A DNA stretch of 61,902 nt, from IMG/VR virus record IMGVR_UViG_3300048597_000042, positions 1-61,902 of that record. The stretch is one strand, 5' to 3'. Under the pieces are notes generated by a model. That model ran no database searches. It saw nothing but the letters and a program-made list of their open reading frames with translations, and had not been told where the DNA came from. This stretch comes from a virus. Lineage: Duplodnaviria > Caudoviricetes. A program made the position numbers and the translations under genes. How positions within the stretch are numbered: position 1 is the first letter of the stretch; every line of letters starts with the position of its first letter. Positions 37,254 through 45,220 of this stretch are shown one piece after another.

Positions 37254-37685
37254 TTAAATGCGAACGCCGAGGGACTTCTCGCCGGGAGCCGCTGCGATAA
37301 CGGCAGGCGGTTTGCCTTCAAGCAATGCTTGCTTGAAACGTCGTGCCAGAGCCAGAACAACGCGCTGCCGGTCCGGATCGATCATCGCGCGCCCCTTGAC
37401 GTAGATTTCGGGCTGATTGTCGGACGTGAGTGCATCGGCCAACATCAGCACGAAGCTACGCGGAGCGAGCATTGCGCCGGTCGGCGAACGCGGAAGCTTG
37501 TCATCAGCAGCATAAACCGACGGAAGCCACGCAGAACCGGCCAGGAAGCAGGCTTTGAAACCAGTGTTGCGCGATTCGCCGAGATTGACAGTCTTAGCAT
37601 CGATCAACTTTTGGAGATTGACAGCAAGGTCGATTGGCGGTTCGCCGTCTTTGGTAACGCGGGTGAGAGTAGCGCGAGCGTTCAT
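37254..37685 (-). CDS. isolated hypothetical protein (143 aa)
   Basis: GAGGA RBS; own promoter and terminator; GC-rich third codon positions. Confidence 0.85.
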   Translation of the reverse strand: MNARATLTRVTKDGEPPIDLAVNLQKLIDAKTVNLGESRNTGFKACFLAGSAWLPSVYAADDKLPRSPTGAMLAPRSFVLMLADALTSDNQPEIYVKGRAMIDPDRQRVVLALARRFKQALLEGKPPAVIAAAPGEKSLGVRI

Positions 37686-37726
37686 GTTGACATCCTCAAC
37701 AGCGTGGCGGGATTGCCACGGAACAG

Positions 37727-37754
37727 ACTTTACCAGAACGCGCTAGCGATGCAA
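37727..37754 (-). promoter_or_regulatory. sigma70-like promoter
   Basis: TTGCAT-N16-TAAAGT with an extended TG. Confidence 0.55.
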
Positions 37755-37829
37755 CAGGGAAGCAGAATCCGTTAAGCGTCTGTTCAGGAAGCTGAACCGC
37801 CATGGTTGGCGCAGTGCGCGACTTGTAGC

Positions 37830-38800
37830 CGCCTATAACGTATTACACAATGCACGCATACATATTACGCGTTATCGAAACTATACGGCAAAATTACAGC
37901 GTCATACCAGAAGTGCAGTTCGTCATTCACACACTGTTGCCGAGTCTTCACATTACTTTAATGTAATGCCTAACCGTAGCTGAACGGCGCAAGAGGCTGT
38001 GTAATGCCTATTGTAACTGTAATTGTAATATTTATGCGTCTCTTTTAAACAACAGAAGTGCAGTACAGGCCCGCAACTTGTTGAATTTGTTCAGGAAAAA
38101 ATACATGAACTCAATTTCCCTACACGTTTCCAAGATAAACATTACATTCAGGTTCAAAATAGGCTTAAGGATCAAGTGGTTGGAAAAGTGTAATGCTTAA
38201 AAGTTGGAACACCCCCCTACATGAGCATGAAGTATTTTTCATATGATTTTTTCTTTGTCTTACTTACTATTCTATCTATAAAATTACAATAGACATTACT
38301 GGCCTCTCGGCCTCCAGCCCGCACCACTGCGCACTCGAAAATGAACAAATCCCCCACACTACGCTCATCACTGTAATACCTATTACACTCAACTCTCATC
38401 ACTCCCTTTGCGGCCCAAACTCACCCCGCTCCATCCTGTTGATTTCATTAGCATTCCATCTTCCGCGCCATCCAAGCACCGAACTCCACTTCCTACATCG
38501 TTTTCTGACGCACTCCACTTCCCATTTCCACGCGCTTTTCACACCACCTGCACATCTTCTTCACGCCCGCCGCATCTAACTCATTGATTCTATTGGCTCA
38601 CCCTTCCTCACAACTCTGGACACCTGTCTAATTCCCAATGGAGACCGAACTCGATTGCATCTGTTTGCCTAAGTCGTTGATTTCGTTGAAGTTATAGCAT
38701 TACAGTTCCAACTGGGAAATGGGACCGGAAATAGACTTCACATGAACCATGGACAACCTGATCCCGGCCTAACCCATTGATCTTGAACGCTTTCACATAT
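37830..38800. promoter_or_regulatory. non-coding control region, putative origin or packaging site
   Basis: About 1 kb without a credible ORF; more than 10 (C/T/A)ATTAA-free CATTAC/GTAATG-type repeats in both orientations; six IHF-consensus-like boxes. Confidence 0.55.
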
Positions 38801-38889
38801 TTTTAACGCATTCTTAACGGAATACACGAACCAAACTTCGTGTTACAAAGCGCAACACCTCGCGCGCAGCGCGCGCTCGCGGGGCTGGC

Positions 38890-38923
38890 GTTCAGCCGCC
38901 GTTCAGCCAAGGTCTGGCAGGAT
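38890..38923 (+). promoter_or_regulatory. GTTCAG-N5-GTTCAG direct-repeat promoter 1 (PhoP-box-like)
   Basis: GTTCAG ccgcc GTTCAG, 11 nt ending TGG, then CAGGAT. Confidence 0.65.
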
Positions 38924-38981
38924 TGCGGAGCCAGCCAATCCCTGTATAGGAAACTGTAATACAACCCACAAAGGAGCAGTC

Positions 38982-39236
38982 ATGCGTTTTTGCAATGAAC
39001 GCGTAGTCAAACACGCCACGATTAGCCCAGCTTATGGTAATGACTACTATAGTGAGCAGGACGCAATCAAGGCGTTTATGGACGGGTCTGGTTTTGTGGC
39101 ACACGATATTGACGGTACAGCGTGGATGGGTGCTTACGTCTGCGTAGCGGACTGCGATCTGGACGCGGTTATCGAGCTGCGCTACAATAAAATGAAATCG
39201 GTGACTGTGCTCTCACCCAAAGGAGTAACCAAATGA
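38982..39236 (+). CDS. hypothetical early protein
   Basis: AAGGAG RBS; PAYGNDY motif. Confidence 0.85.
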   Translation: MRFCNERVVKHATISPAYGNDYYSEQDAIKAFMDGSGFVAHDIDGTAWMGAYVCVADCDLDAVIELRYNKMKSVTVLSPKGVTK

Positions 39237-39580
39237 ACTCGCCGACACCTGAAGAGGTCGAACGTGGCTTAACGGACGAACATTTTTATGTTCGTTGCGC
39301 TTGGGTTCGCAAAACAGATTTCACTCCTACACTTGAACAAGTCGAACGCGGCTTAACTGACGAGCATCTTGGCGTTCGTCAGGCTTGGAGTTATAGAACA
39401 GATTTCACCCCAACACCCGAACAAGTCGAACGCGGCTTGACTGACGAACATTGGTTTGTTCGTTACGCTTGGGCTCTTAGGAAAGATTTCACTCCTACAC
39501 TTGAACAAGTCGAGCGTGGGTTGGCCGACAAAGACTGGCCGGTGCATCGAGCATGGCTTCGTAGAGCTGAGAACACATGA
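39233..39580 (+). CDS. 24-residue helical repeat protein (HEAT/LRV-like)
   Basis: About 4.7 copies of TPTxEQVERGLTDEHxxVRxAWxxRxDF; 72-bp DNA repeat. Confidence 0.85.
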   Translation: MNSPTPEEVERGLTDEHFYVRCAWVRKTDFTPTLEQVERGLTDEHLGVRQAWSYRTDFTPTPEQVERGLTDEHWFVRYAWALRKDFTPTLEQVERGLADKDWPVHRAWLRRAENT

Positions 39581-39837
39581 CTAACAGGTTTGTATATCTG
39601 AACGATGCCGGCTGCGTAAGCAAAATATCTTGCCCAACAGACGATTGGGCAGCACTACGCGCATACAGTGCGCTTAAAGATTGTAGGAGACATGTGCGCG
39701 TAGTCGGCGTTATTACGTATCAGATAGGTTCAAATTTCCTGACTAATAGCTCAGACATAAGATCCCGCCATAATTCGAGCTTTATCCGCGCTCACTGGGC
39801 ATCCATAGCTTTCTATCGCACGGAGGTTATCTTCTAG
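39577..39837 (+). CDS. array unit 1 (divergent)
   Basis: 86 aa, ATGA-coupled, Ser/Arg-rich. Confidence 0.65.
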   Translation: MTNRFVYLNDAGCVSKISCPTDDWAALRAYSALKDCRRHVRVVGVITYQIGSNFLTNSSDIRSRHNSSFIRAHWASIAFYRTEVIF

Positions 39838-40058
39838 TGAAGCATTCTGTGCGGTACGTGATATCTAGCTCTCCAATATCTACGGTTGATGCTTGGGCGT
39901 GGTGCAGTGTGCAATGGGAGGTAGGAGGCTCGTGCAGCGGCTGGGTCAAGTTCCACTGCTGTAGTGTAATAGAGATTAGGAAGCAAACACGCACAAACGC
40001 TGGTATTGAAGTAGGAGGTTTTTCTGTGTATGACTCGTCCCGTATGCCCCCGTACTAA
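39837..40058 (+). CDS. array unit 2 (divergent)
   Basis: 73 aa, TAGTG coupling. Confidence 0.6.
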   Translation: MKHSVRYVISSSPISTVDAWAWCSVQWEVGGSCSGWVKFHCCSVIEIRKQTRTNAGIEVGGFSVYDSSRMPPY

Positions 40059-40312
40059 TGAAAATACAAACGAAACCAGAGACAGAGACTAGGATAGTCA
40101 AGCAAGCGCGCGGTACAATTTCGGCTAGTTATCACTTAAATACCACATCTTGCATACTTCGCAACCAGAACCCGTACGCAACAAGGTCTTCAATAAGACA
40201 CGGGCGAACCACTTTCTTTACTTCATGCAGCAAACTTAAGTCAAGCATGGATACTTTGTATGGTTTCTCTTTTGGGTTCGATTTTTTCAATAAGACAAGG
40301 GTGAAGCCGTGA
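40058..40312 (+). CDS. array unit 3 (divergent)
   Basis: 84 aa, TAATG coupling. Confidence 0.65.
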   Translation: MKIQTKPETETRIVKQARGTISASYHLNTTSCILRNQNPYATRSSIRHGRTTFFTSCSKLKSSMDTLYGFSFGFDFFNKTRVKP

Positions 40313-40533
40313 AGTTCGCAGAGCCGATGGCTTATCAAGGCAGATTTTGCTTCGGAGTATCCAAGATAGGCAATAACCAACGATCCAGCGTCCTCGGCGT
40401 ACCGGCTGCTCACATGTCAAAAACAGGCTTTATATCATCGTGCGGGCCCGATATTACGTCTAAGTATGTGGAGCCAGTAGGCCACTACTATGGATATAGA
40501 TGGTTTAGGCAAGCGTGGATACTCTGTCGATGA
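40309..40533 (+). CDS. array unit 4 (divergent)
   Basis: 74 aa, GTGA coupling. Confidence 0.6.
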   Translation: MKFAEPMAYQGRFCFGVSKIGNNQRSSVLGVPAAHMSKTGFISSCGPDITSKYVEPVGHYYGYRWFRQAWILCR

Positions 40534-40766
40534 AGACACTCCATACTACATCGCTCAAGACAGGTTCGCACTCATCTGTTTGTGTAAGAAGTAGAATACG
40601 CTGTGACATAGATGGTAAACCTTTTGCTACTATAAGTAGCCAAGGCAGCGTAGGTCTGATCGCTGTAAAAAATCGATATCATATCTGCGGCCACATTAGT
40701 CTCGGTCGAAACTCCTTCAATCCCGCCCCCGTCTATGGCTATAGAAGGTCTTTGCAGAACGTATGA
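40530..40766 (+). CDS. array unit 5 (divergent)
   Basis: 78 aa, ATGA coupling. Confidence 0.65.
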   Translation: MKTLHTTSLKTGSHSSVCVRSRIRCDIDGKPFATISSQGSVGLIAVKNRYHICGHISLGRNSFNPAPVYGYRRSLQNV

Positions 40767-41035
40767 AAGCTCCGCTTAAAATAGCCCACTATTTAACTTC
40801 AGAGAGTATTTCGTATGTAGGCTTTCACATACACGCCGGCATATATACGAAATGCGCTGCGCATGCTACAGAATCGGCAATATACACCCGCGTCAACCCG
40901 AATACAGAGTCGCGGGTTTTACAAGAAGACATAGGGTCTATTTGTTTAGGCGACGTAGGGCCGTATACACAGGGCCGTAGATTTGACGTAAGCGAGTTTG
41001 ATATCGGCGACAAGGGTGATCGCTATGCCGCATAA
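40763..41035 (+). CDS. array unit 6 (divergent)
   Basis: 90 aa, ATGA coupling; FDVSEF near the C-terminus. Confidence 0.65.
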   Translation: MKAPLKIAHYLTSESISYVGFHIHAGIYTKCAAHATESAIYTRVNPNTESRVLQEDIGSICLGDVGPYTQGRRFDVSEFDIGDKGDRYAA

Positions 41036-41240
41036 GGGCTCTTCGTTTTCTACGAATATGGACGCCTCAAAAGGGTCTTATTCTTCAATAAAGGGGCATA
41101 GGCAGTCTCGCATTCATCATGTAAGTAGTGATGGAATGCATTTTCGTCGCAGCATCGTGCATGACAATTACCGTAGTTGGATAGACAATGAAGTCGTGGC
41201 AAGAATACGCCTAAAGTACAGGTCTACGATAAACCAGTGA
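41025..41240 (+). CDS. array unit 7
   Basis: 71 aa; YRSWID motif. Confidence 0.65.
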   Translation: MPHKGSSFSTNMDASKGSYSSIKGHRQSRIHHVSSDGMHFRRSIVHDNYRSWIDNEVVARIRLKYRSTINQ

Positions 41241-41248
41241 GTAAGTAA

Positions 41249-41473
41249 ATGCGGAAACTTGAAGACTACCGCTCAGGAAGATTTACAGTACTTTTTCTAC
41301 ATAAAATTATGTGGGAGTACGAGACTTCTATATACTGCGGCGTGCATCAAGGGCACTACAATGAGTCTTGGATATCGGGAAACAGAAAAACGTGGTTAAT
41401 TTGCGACGGATTTACTGTTTTTGCCTCTGATTTACAAGGCGACCGCTCACATAGTTGCAGTAGGGTAGTATAA
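41249..41473 (+). CDS. array unit 8
   Basis: 74 aa; ESWIS motif. Confidence 0.65.
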   Translation: MRKLEDYRSGRFTVLFLHKIMWEYETSIYCGVHQGHYNESWISGNRKTWLICDGFTVFASDLQGDRSHSCSRVV

Positions 41474-41474
41474 C

Positions 41475-41711
41475 ATGAAACTCGTTCTCTCAGAAGCGAA
41501 TTGCGGGGCGCTGCATGTGGTCTCGGGCATCACTTACGGGGACGGCACTATCAAGTTCCACAGACATGAGTCCCAAATACAAATAGGCCCAATAACGTCG
41601 TTAGTTTGCGCTAACATAAAAAGTAGTAGGTCAGGCAGCCGTTCATGGATACGATACCGCGATGTCACGCTAGTGCATCTGTGGGAGACTTCGGGTCTGA
41701 TGCATACGTAA
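41475..41711 (+). CDS. array unit 9 (core paralogue)
   Basis: MKLVLS...SRSWIRYRD...LWETSG. Confidence 0.8.
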   Translation: MKLVLSEANCGALHVVSGITYGDGTIKFHRHESQIQIGPITSLVCANIKSSRSGSRSWIRYRDVTLVHLWETSGLMHT

Positions 41712-41730
41712 GATTTCAGAGGTAAGTTGA

Positions 41731-41952
41731 GTGAAAATAGTACTGAGTACAGCTCGCCCGTTTAGCGTAAATAAATTTAGTACTGCTTCCGCCATCAAAA
41801 TAAGTAGAAGTATTATACTTTGCTATTCGTATAGGTCAGCACAAAAATCGCACTGCGGAAGCCATAGCAGATCGTGGGTATCAGATAGGGACCTGTGTCA
41901 GGTTGTCTCCAGTAATGGGCTTTGGGAGTCTTCGGGGATTGGCTACGTATGA
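41731..41952 (+). CDS. array unit 10 (core paralogue)
   Basis: MKIVLS...SRSWVSDRD...LWESSG. Confidence 0.8.
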   Translation: MKIVLSTARPFSVNKFSTASAIKISRSIILCYSYRSAQKSHCGSHSRSWVSDRDLCQVVSSNGLWESSGIGYV

Positions 41953-42170
41953 AACTGATCCTTAGAACGGCCGCAGGTGAGCCGCTGCCGCTGCGCGTGC
42001 GCGGTAGATCGTCCGTGCTCTATTACTCAGATTCTTGGGTGTTTGATGAGAACGGACTTGGATATATGGAAAAGTACTCTACCGCAGATTCCTATTCTAG
42101 AAGCCATATTAACGGTGCAGGTATAGTCAGTTTTAAGCTGATGGAAATATCAGAGGTAGATTGCGAATGA
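41949..42170 (+). CDS. array unit 11 (core paralogue)
   Basis: MKLILR...SRSHI...LMEISEVDCE. Confidence 0.8.
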   Translation: MKLILRTAAGEPLPLRVRGRSSVLYYSDSWVFDENGLGYMEKYSTADSYSRSHINGAGIVSFKLMEISEVDCE

Positions 42171-42385
42171 AACTGATCCTTAAATCAACTATATCTCACG
42201 ACGGCTACTGTAGCTTTTCTCACATAAATACCAAGAGTAGAGTTTCTGTTTGGGCTACTGCGGATAGAAAAAGCTATTCGTATGTAATCAATCACATCCG
42301 GTCTTTTATCGGTTCTAGAGACACTACTTGTCTTGTAAAACACCCAAGAGACAGCCTGCTAGAAATATCAGAGATAGATTGCTAA
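42167..42385 (+). CDS. array unit 12 (core paralogue)
   Basis: MKLILK...RSFIGSRD...LLEISEIDC. Confidence 0.8.
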   Translation: MKLILKSTISHDGYCSFSHINTKSRVSVWATADRKSYSYVINHIRSFIGSRDTTCLVKHPRDSLLEISEIDC

Positions 42386-42598
42386 TGAAACTGATTCTTA
42401 TATACAGCGCAGCAAGCAGAGGAAAACCGTTCTCATCAGCAAGCTACATGTCAGAAAGGCAGAGTTTACGCCGCTTCTGATATACGCAAGTGTAGCAACG
42501 GGCGATCTAGTAGGTCGTGGATCATTTTCGCAGACACGGCGTCTATCCAGCAGTCCGTGGGTTTCTATTTGGAAATCGGATCGGTAGAAAACATATGA
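42385..42598 (+). pseudogene. array unit 13, frameshifted
   Basis: MKLILIYSAAS... in one frame and ...SRSWIIFAD...YLEIGSVENI* in another; 214 nt, not a multiple of 3. Confidence 0.78.
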
Positions 42599-42843
42599 AG
42601 TATATCCTTACAACATGCCTATCTGGTGACGGCATAGCTTTCTCTATATACTATACACTGAACATGCGCGCTAGTATGTCTATTAGGTCTACTATAAACA
42701 CTGGCAGCCGGATTCATACTGCTTCTGAGACCCGCAAAATTAATTACGCGCGACGAAGTAGATCGTGGGTTAGGTCCGCAGATATAGTGTCAGTTGTACA
42801 GGCCGGTTCTCGTCTGCAAATTAGCTCAATAAAAAACATATGA
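42595..42843 (+). CDS. array unit 14 (core paralogue)
   Basis: MKYILTTCLS...SRSWVRSAD...LQISSIKNI. Confidence 0.8.
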   Translation: MKYILTTCLSGDGIAFSIYYTLNMRASMSIRSTINTGSRIHTASETRKINYARRSRSWVRSADIVSVVQAGSRLQISSIKNI

Positions 42844-43079
42844 AATATATCCTTGCAGCATGCCTATCTAATGGCATGGAGAAACGCTCCAACGTTAAAG
42901 TAAGAGACACATTTAATTCCATATCAATGATAAAGTGCGCATCTTCGTTTCACCGAGTGTCTAGATTAAATAAATTTTGCGGAAAACAGTACGATAGGTC
43001 GTGGGCTAGTTTCACAGACACAACAGGCATGCGAGTTTCGGGTTTTCGTTTAGAAATAAGCACGATGAAAGTAACATGA
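42840..43079 (+). CDS. array unit 15 (core paralogue)
   Basis: MKYILAACLS...DRSWASFTD...LEISTMKVT. Confidence 0.8.
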   Translation: MKYILAACLSNGMEKRSNVKVRDTFNSISMIKCASSFHRVSRLNKFCGKQYDRSWASFTDTTGMRVSGFRLEISTMKVT

Positions 43080-43315
43080 GCCTATATCTTGAGGCATTAT
43101 TGATGCGCGAAGCGAAGGCTTCTTCAGAACTGTACATAGGAACTACGCACTATCGTAGAGCAATACTAAAGACTCAACACGCATACCGCACCGTATCTAA
43201 GTTATGCACTCGTGGCGTAAAGATCTACGATAGGTCGTCGGCTGTTTCCACGGATACAGCAAGTATCAAAAGCAGCGGGTTCTGGATTTTAAGGCACTGC
43301 ACGATCATTTATTAG
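43076..43315 (+). CDS. array unit 16 with aberrant C-terminus
   Basis: YRTVSKL...YDRSSAVSTDT matches unit 15, but the EISS end is missing. Confidence 0.7.
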   Translation: MSLYLEALLMREAKASSELYIGTTHYRRAILKTQHAYRTVSKLCTRGVKIYDRSSAVSTDTASIKSSGFWILRHCTIIY

Positions 43316-43397
43316 AACGTGGGTTAGTTTTCGGGATATTGTCGGTATATACGCCAATAGATTCTATGTAGAAATCAGCTCAGTGAAAATTGTATGA
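43292..43397 (+). pseudogene. 3' remnant of an array unit (17)
   Basis: Start-less frame ...RTWVSFRDIVGIYANRFYVEISSVKIV*, ATGA-coupled to the next unit. Confidence 0.75.
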
Positions 43398-43633
43398 AAC
43401 TTGTTATTAGTGGATGCGGAACAAACAGAGGAAGAACTTTTGCCGTGCTGTATATAGTAGGCAAACGCTTTTCTAAGTCTTCAGTAATGGTCGGCCCAAG
43501 AAGTTACGACTGTTCTCAACTGCGAAAATACAACGCACGTCCACGTAGTATATCCTGGGTTGATGTTACGGATGTTGTTGGCATGGAAGTAAATGGGTTT
43601 CTTTTAGAAATCAGCTCAGTGAGAATTGTATGA
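43394..43633 (+). CDS. array unit 18 (core paralogue)
   Basis: MKLVISG...SISWVDVTD...LEISSVRIV. Confidence 0.8.
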   Translation: MKLVISGCGTNRGRTFAVLYIVGKRFSKSSVMVGPRSYDCSQLRKYNARPRSISWVDVTDVVGMEVNGFLLEISSVRIV

Positions 43634-43869
43634 AACTAATTATAAAAAGAGCCGCACCCGCCGATGGAGAAACTTGTTCAAGAATCTGTACGTATTGGCT
43701 CGTATGCGATGAATCAATCATTACCACTAGGCAGATACATAGAGACGCTTGCCGGATACTAATATCTAACACAGCAGCATCGGATAGAACTTGGATACGT
43801 GGCATCGATACTTTAGCCATGCGTTTAGATCGTGGGTTACGGACAGAGATTTCATCGGTGAAAATATGA
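43630..43869 (+). CDS. array unit 19 (core paralogue)
   Basis: MKLIIK...DRTWIRGID...TEISSVKI. Confidence 0.8.
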   Translation: MKLIIKRAAPADGETCSRICTYWLVCDESIITTRQIHRDACRILISNTAASDRTWIRGIDTLAMRLDRGLRTEISSVKI

Positions 43870-44102
43870 ACCCAGCGCTGAAAGAAGGCATGACAGGCTT
43901 TTCTGTAACGATTGAATCTTGGGTTTGTATAGACAAGCGTAAATTCTTATGGACTTCGAGCATAGGTCAACTACATGCGTCTGTCGCTAATGCGCGTTAC
44001 GCTGGGTATTACACGACGTATGTAGGCCGAAGTAAAACCGGTAGTTTTTTAGTTCGTAAGCACAAAACACCTATTATGGTTTGTGAAGTTTCGTGTGTTT
44101 AG
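43866..44102 (+). CDS. array unit 20
   Basis: 78 aa, ATGA-coupled; ESWV motif and C-terminal CEVSCV. Confidence 0.7.
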   Translation: MNPALKEGMTGFSVTIESWVCIDKRKFLWTSSIGQLHASVANARYAGYYTTYVGRSKTGSFLVRKHKTPIMVCEVSCV

Positions 44103-44114
44103 TAGGAGGCTTGT

Positions 44115-44219
44115 ATGCTAGACTTCTTGTGTAGTGTTCTAGGTTTCGTTTTCTACTTTATAGAATTTTTTGTAATGCTAGGGCTAGCACTCTGGCTTAT
44201 GCACAAAGAAGAGTTGTAA
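44115..44219 (+). CDS. 34-aa single-TM peptide
   Basis: AGGAGG RBS; MLDFLCSVLGFVFYFIEFFVMLGLALWLMHKEEL. Confidence 0.65.
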   Translation: MLDFLCSVLGFVFYFIEFFVMLGLALWLMHKEEL

Positions 44220-44225
44220 GCCGCT

Positions 44226-44459
44226 ATGAAAATGATATGTAAGTTCTACATAAGACGCGGATATCGTTTTTCTAAAGTAAACGACTGTAAAGATGTAGAC
44301 ATAATTGGTTTTAGCCACGGAGATTATACGTGGCGGACACGCAATTCGTTTAGAGGATGGGTTTGCCATCTTGACGCCAGAATCACTGACGTAACATCAC
44401 TGCAAATAAATGGAGAGTGGTTTGAATCGTCAAGCATTATCGAATACGATTACTTCTAA
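44226..44459 (+). CDS. array unit 21
   Basis: MKMICK...RGWVCHLD...FESSSI. Confidence 0.7.
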   Translation: MKMICKFYIRRGYRFSKVNDCKDVDIIGFSHGDYTWRTRNSFRGWVCHLDARITDVTSLQINGEWFESSSIIEYDYF

Positions 44460-44469
44460 GGAGATCGCT

Positions 44470-44661
44470 ATGGAAAACACAAGCAGTTTTGTTGTGGTAG
44501 AAAACGAGAGTTCTAACCTTGAGGTGTATCACGCATACGACAGTCTGTCTAAAGCCCGTACGGCGGCAAAGGAAGCCGCTGTAGAATTTCCTGGGCGTGA
44601 GTTTCGGGTCTATGAACTGAAGGCTACATTTTCTGCGGCGATCACAGTTAAGGAGACATGA
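44470..44661 (+). CDS. hypothetical protein
   Basis: AAGGAG RBS; AKEAA..FPGREFRVY motif. Confidence 0.8.
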   Translation: MENTSSFVVVENESSNLEVYHAYDSLSKARTAAKEAAVEFPGREFRVYELKATFSAAITVKET

Positions 44662-44662
44662 C

Positions 44663-45220
44663 GTGACTTACAGCCATGCAGAAAGCATAACTGTAGACGG
44701 CTTAGAATGCAATTTGCGTATATATCAATCCGATAACCGAAGCGTTGAGGACTACGCTTGCAAAACAAAAAGTAAGAAAGCATGCTACGAGGTAGTTATT
44801 GGAAAAGATCGCAGCGGTTCGTATGTTGTTGACGCCCGACAGATGGTTAGTGACTTTCGTGAAACGGGTATGTCTGGCTGGGAAGCGCACGTCGCAACAC
44901 TTAACCATATAAACTACCTCAAGGCTTTGTATAACGGCAACATAACAGAGTACATAATGCAGGCCGAATTTATCGACCCTCTACACAACGAGTTTATTTC
45001 AGACGATTCTGAGTTCTTTGAATACGGGCATTATTACTGCCTAGATGCGGAAGGTTTCGGTAGGACGGGGGAAGTCACGTATAACGAAAACAACGCCATC
45101 GCGCTATGCAAAGACGCGATAGGTAAAGCCATAAGAGACGCCATCGATAACAGAGCATGGCATTTATGCCACTGGTTTCGTGCCAAAATGGGCAACCGTA
45201 AATTTTTAGGATATCTATGA
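44663..45220 (+). CDS. hypothetical protein
   Basis: 185 aa with AAGGAG RBS. Confidence 0.8.
   Translation: MTYSHAESITVDGLECNLRIYQSDNRSVEDYACKTKSKKACYEVVIGKDRSGSYVVDARQMVSDFRETGMSGWEAHVATLNHINYLKALYNGNITEYIMQAEFIDPLHNEFISDDSEFFEYGHYYCLDAEGFGRTGEVTYNENNAIALCKDAIGKAIRDAIDNRAWHLCHWFRAKMGNRKFLGYL

Noticed and set aside
37011-37775. 254-aa plus-strand ORF
   Set aside because: It is a shadow of the minus-strand gene that has an RBS, promoter and terminator, and it runs through low-complexity DNA.
42517-42594. N-terminal extension of the 108-aa ORF in the track
   Set aside because: The paralogue pattern and ATGA coupling place the start at 42595; the upstream DNA belongs to frameshifted unit 13.
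42144-43637. CRISPR array or integron cassette array
   Set aside because: The repeats are degenerate and coding, spaced about 220-245 bp apart, and not palindromic or attC-like; no cas or integrase genes are visible.
39577-44459. Diversity-generating retroelement
   Set aside because: There is no reverse transcriptase, and I found no template/variable repeat pair differing only at adenines.
39577-44459. RiPP precursor cluster, or one long gene read with stop-codon recoding
   Set aside because: No modifying enzymes are visible; successive ORFs change frame, have their own coupled starts and use all three stops; core genes translate normally in code 11.
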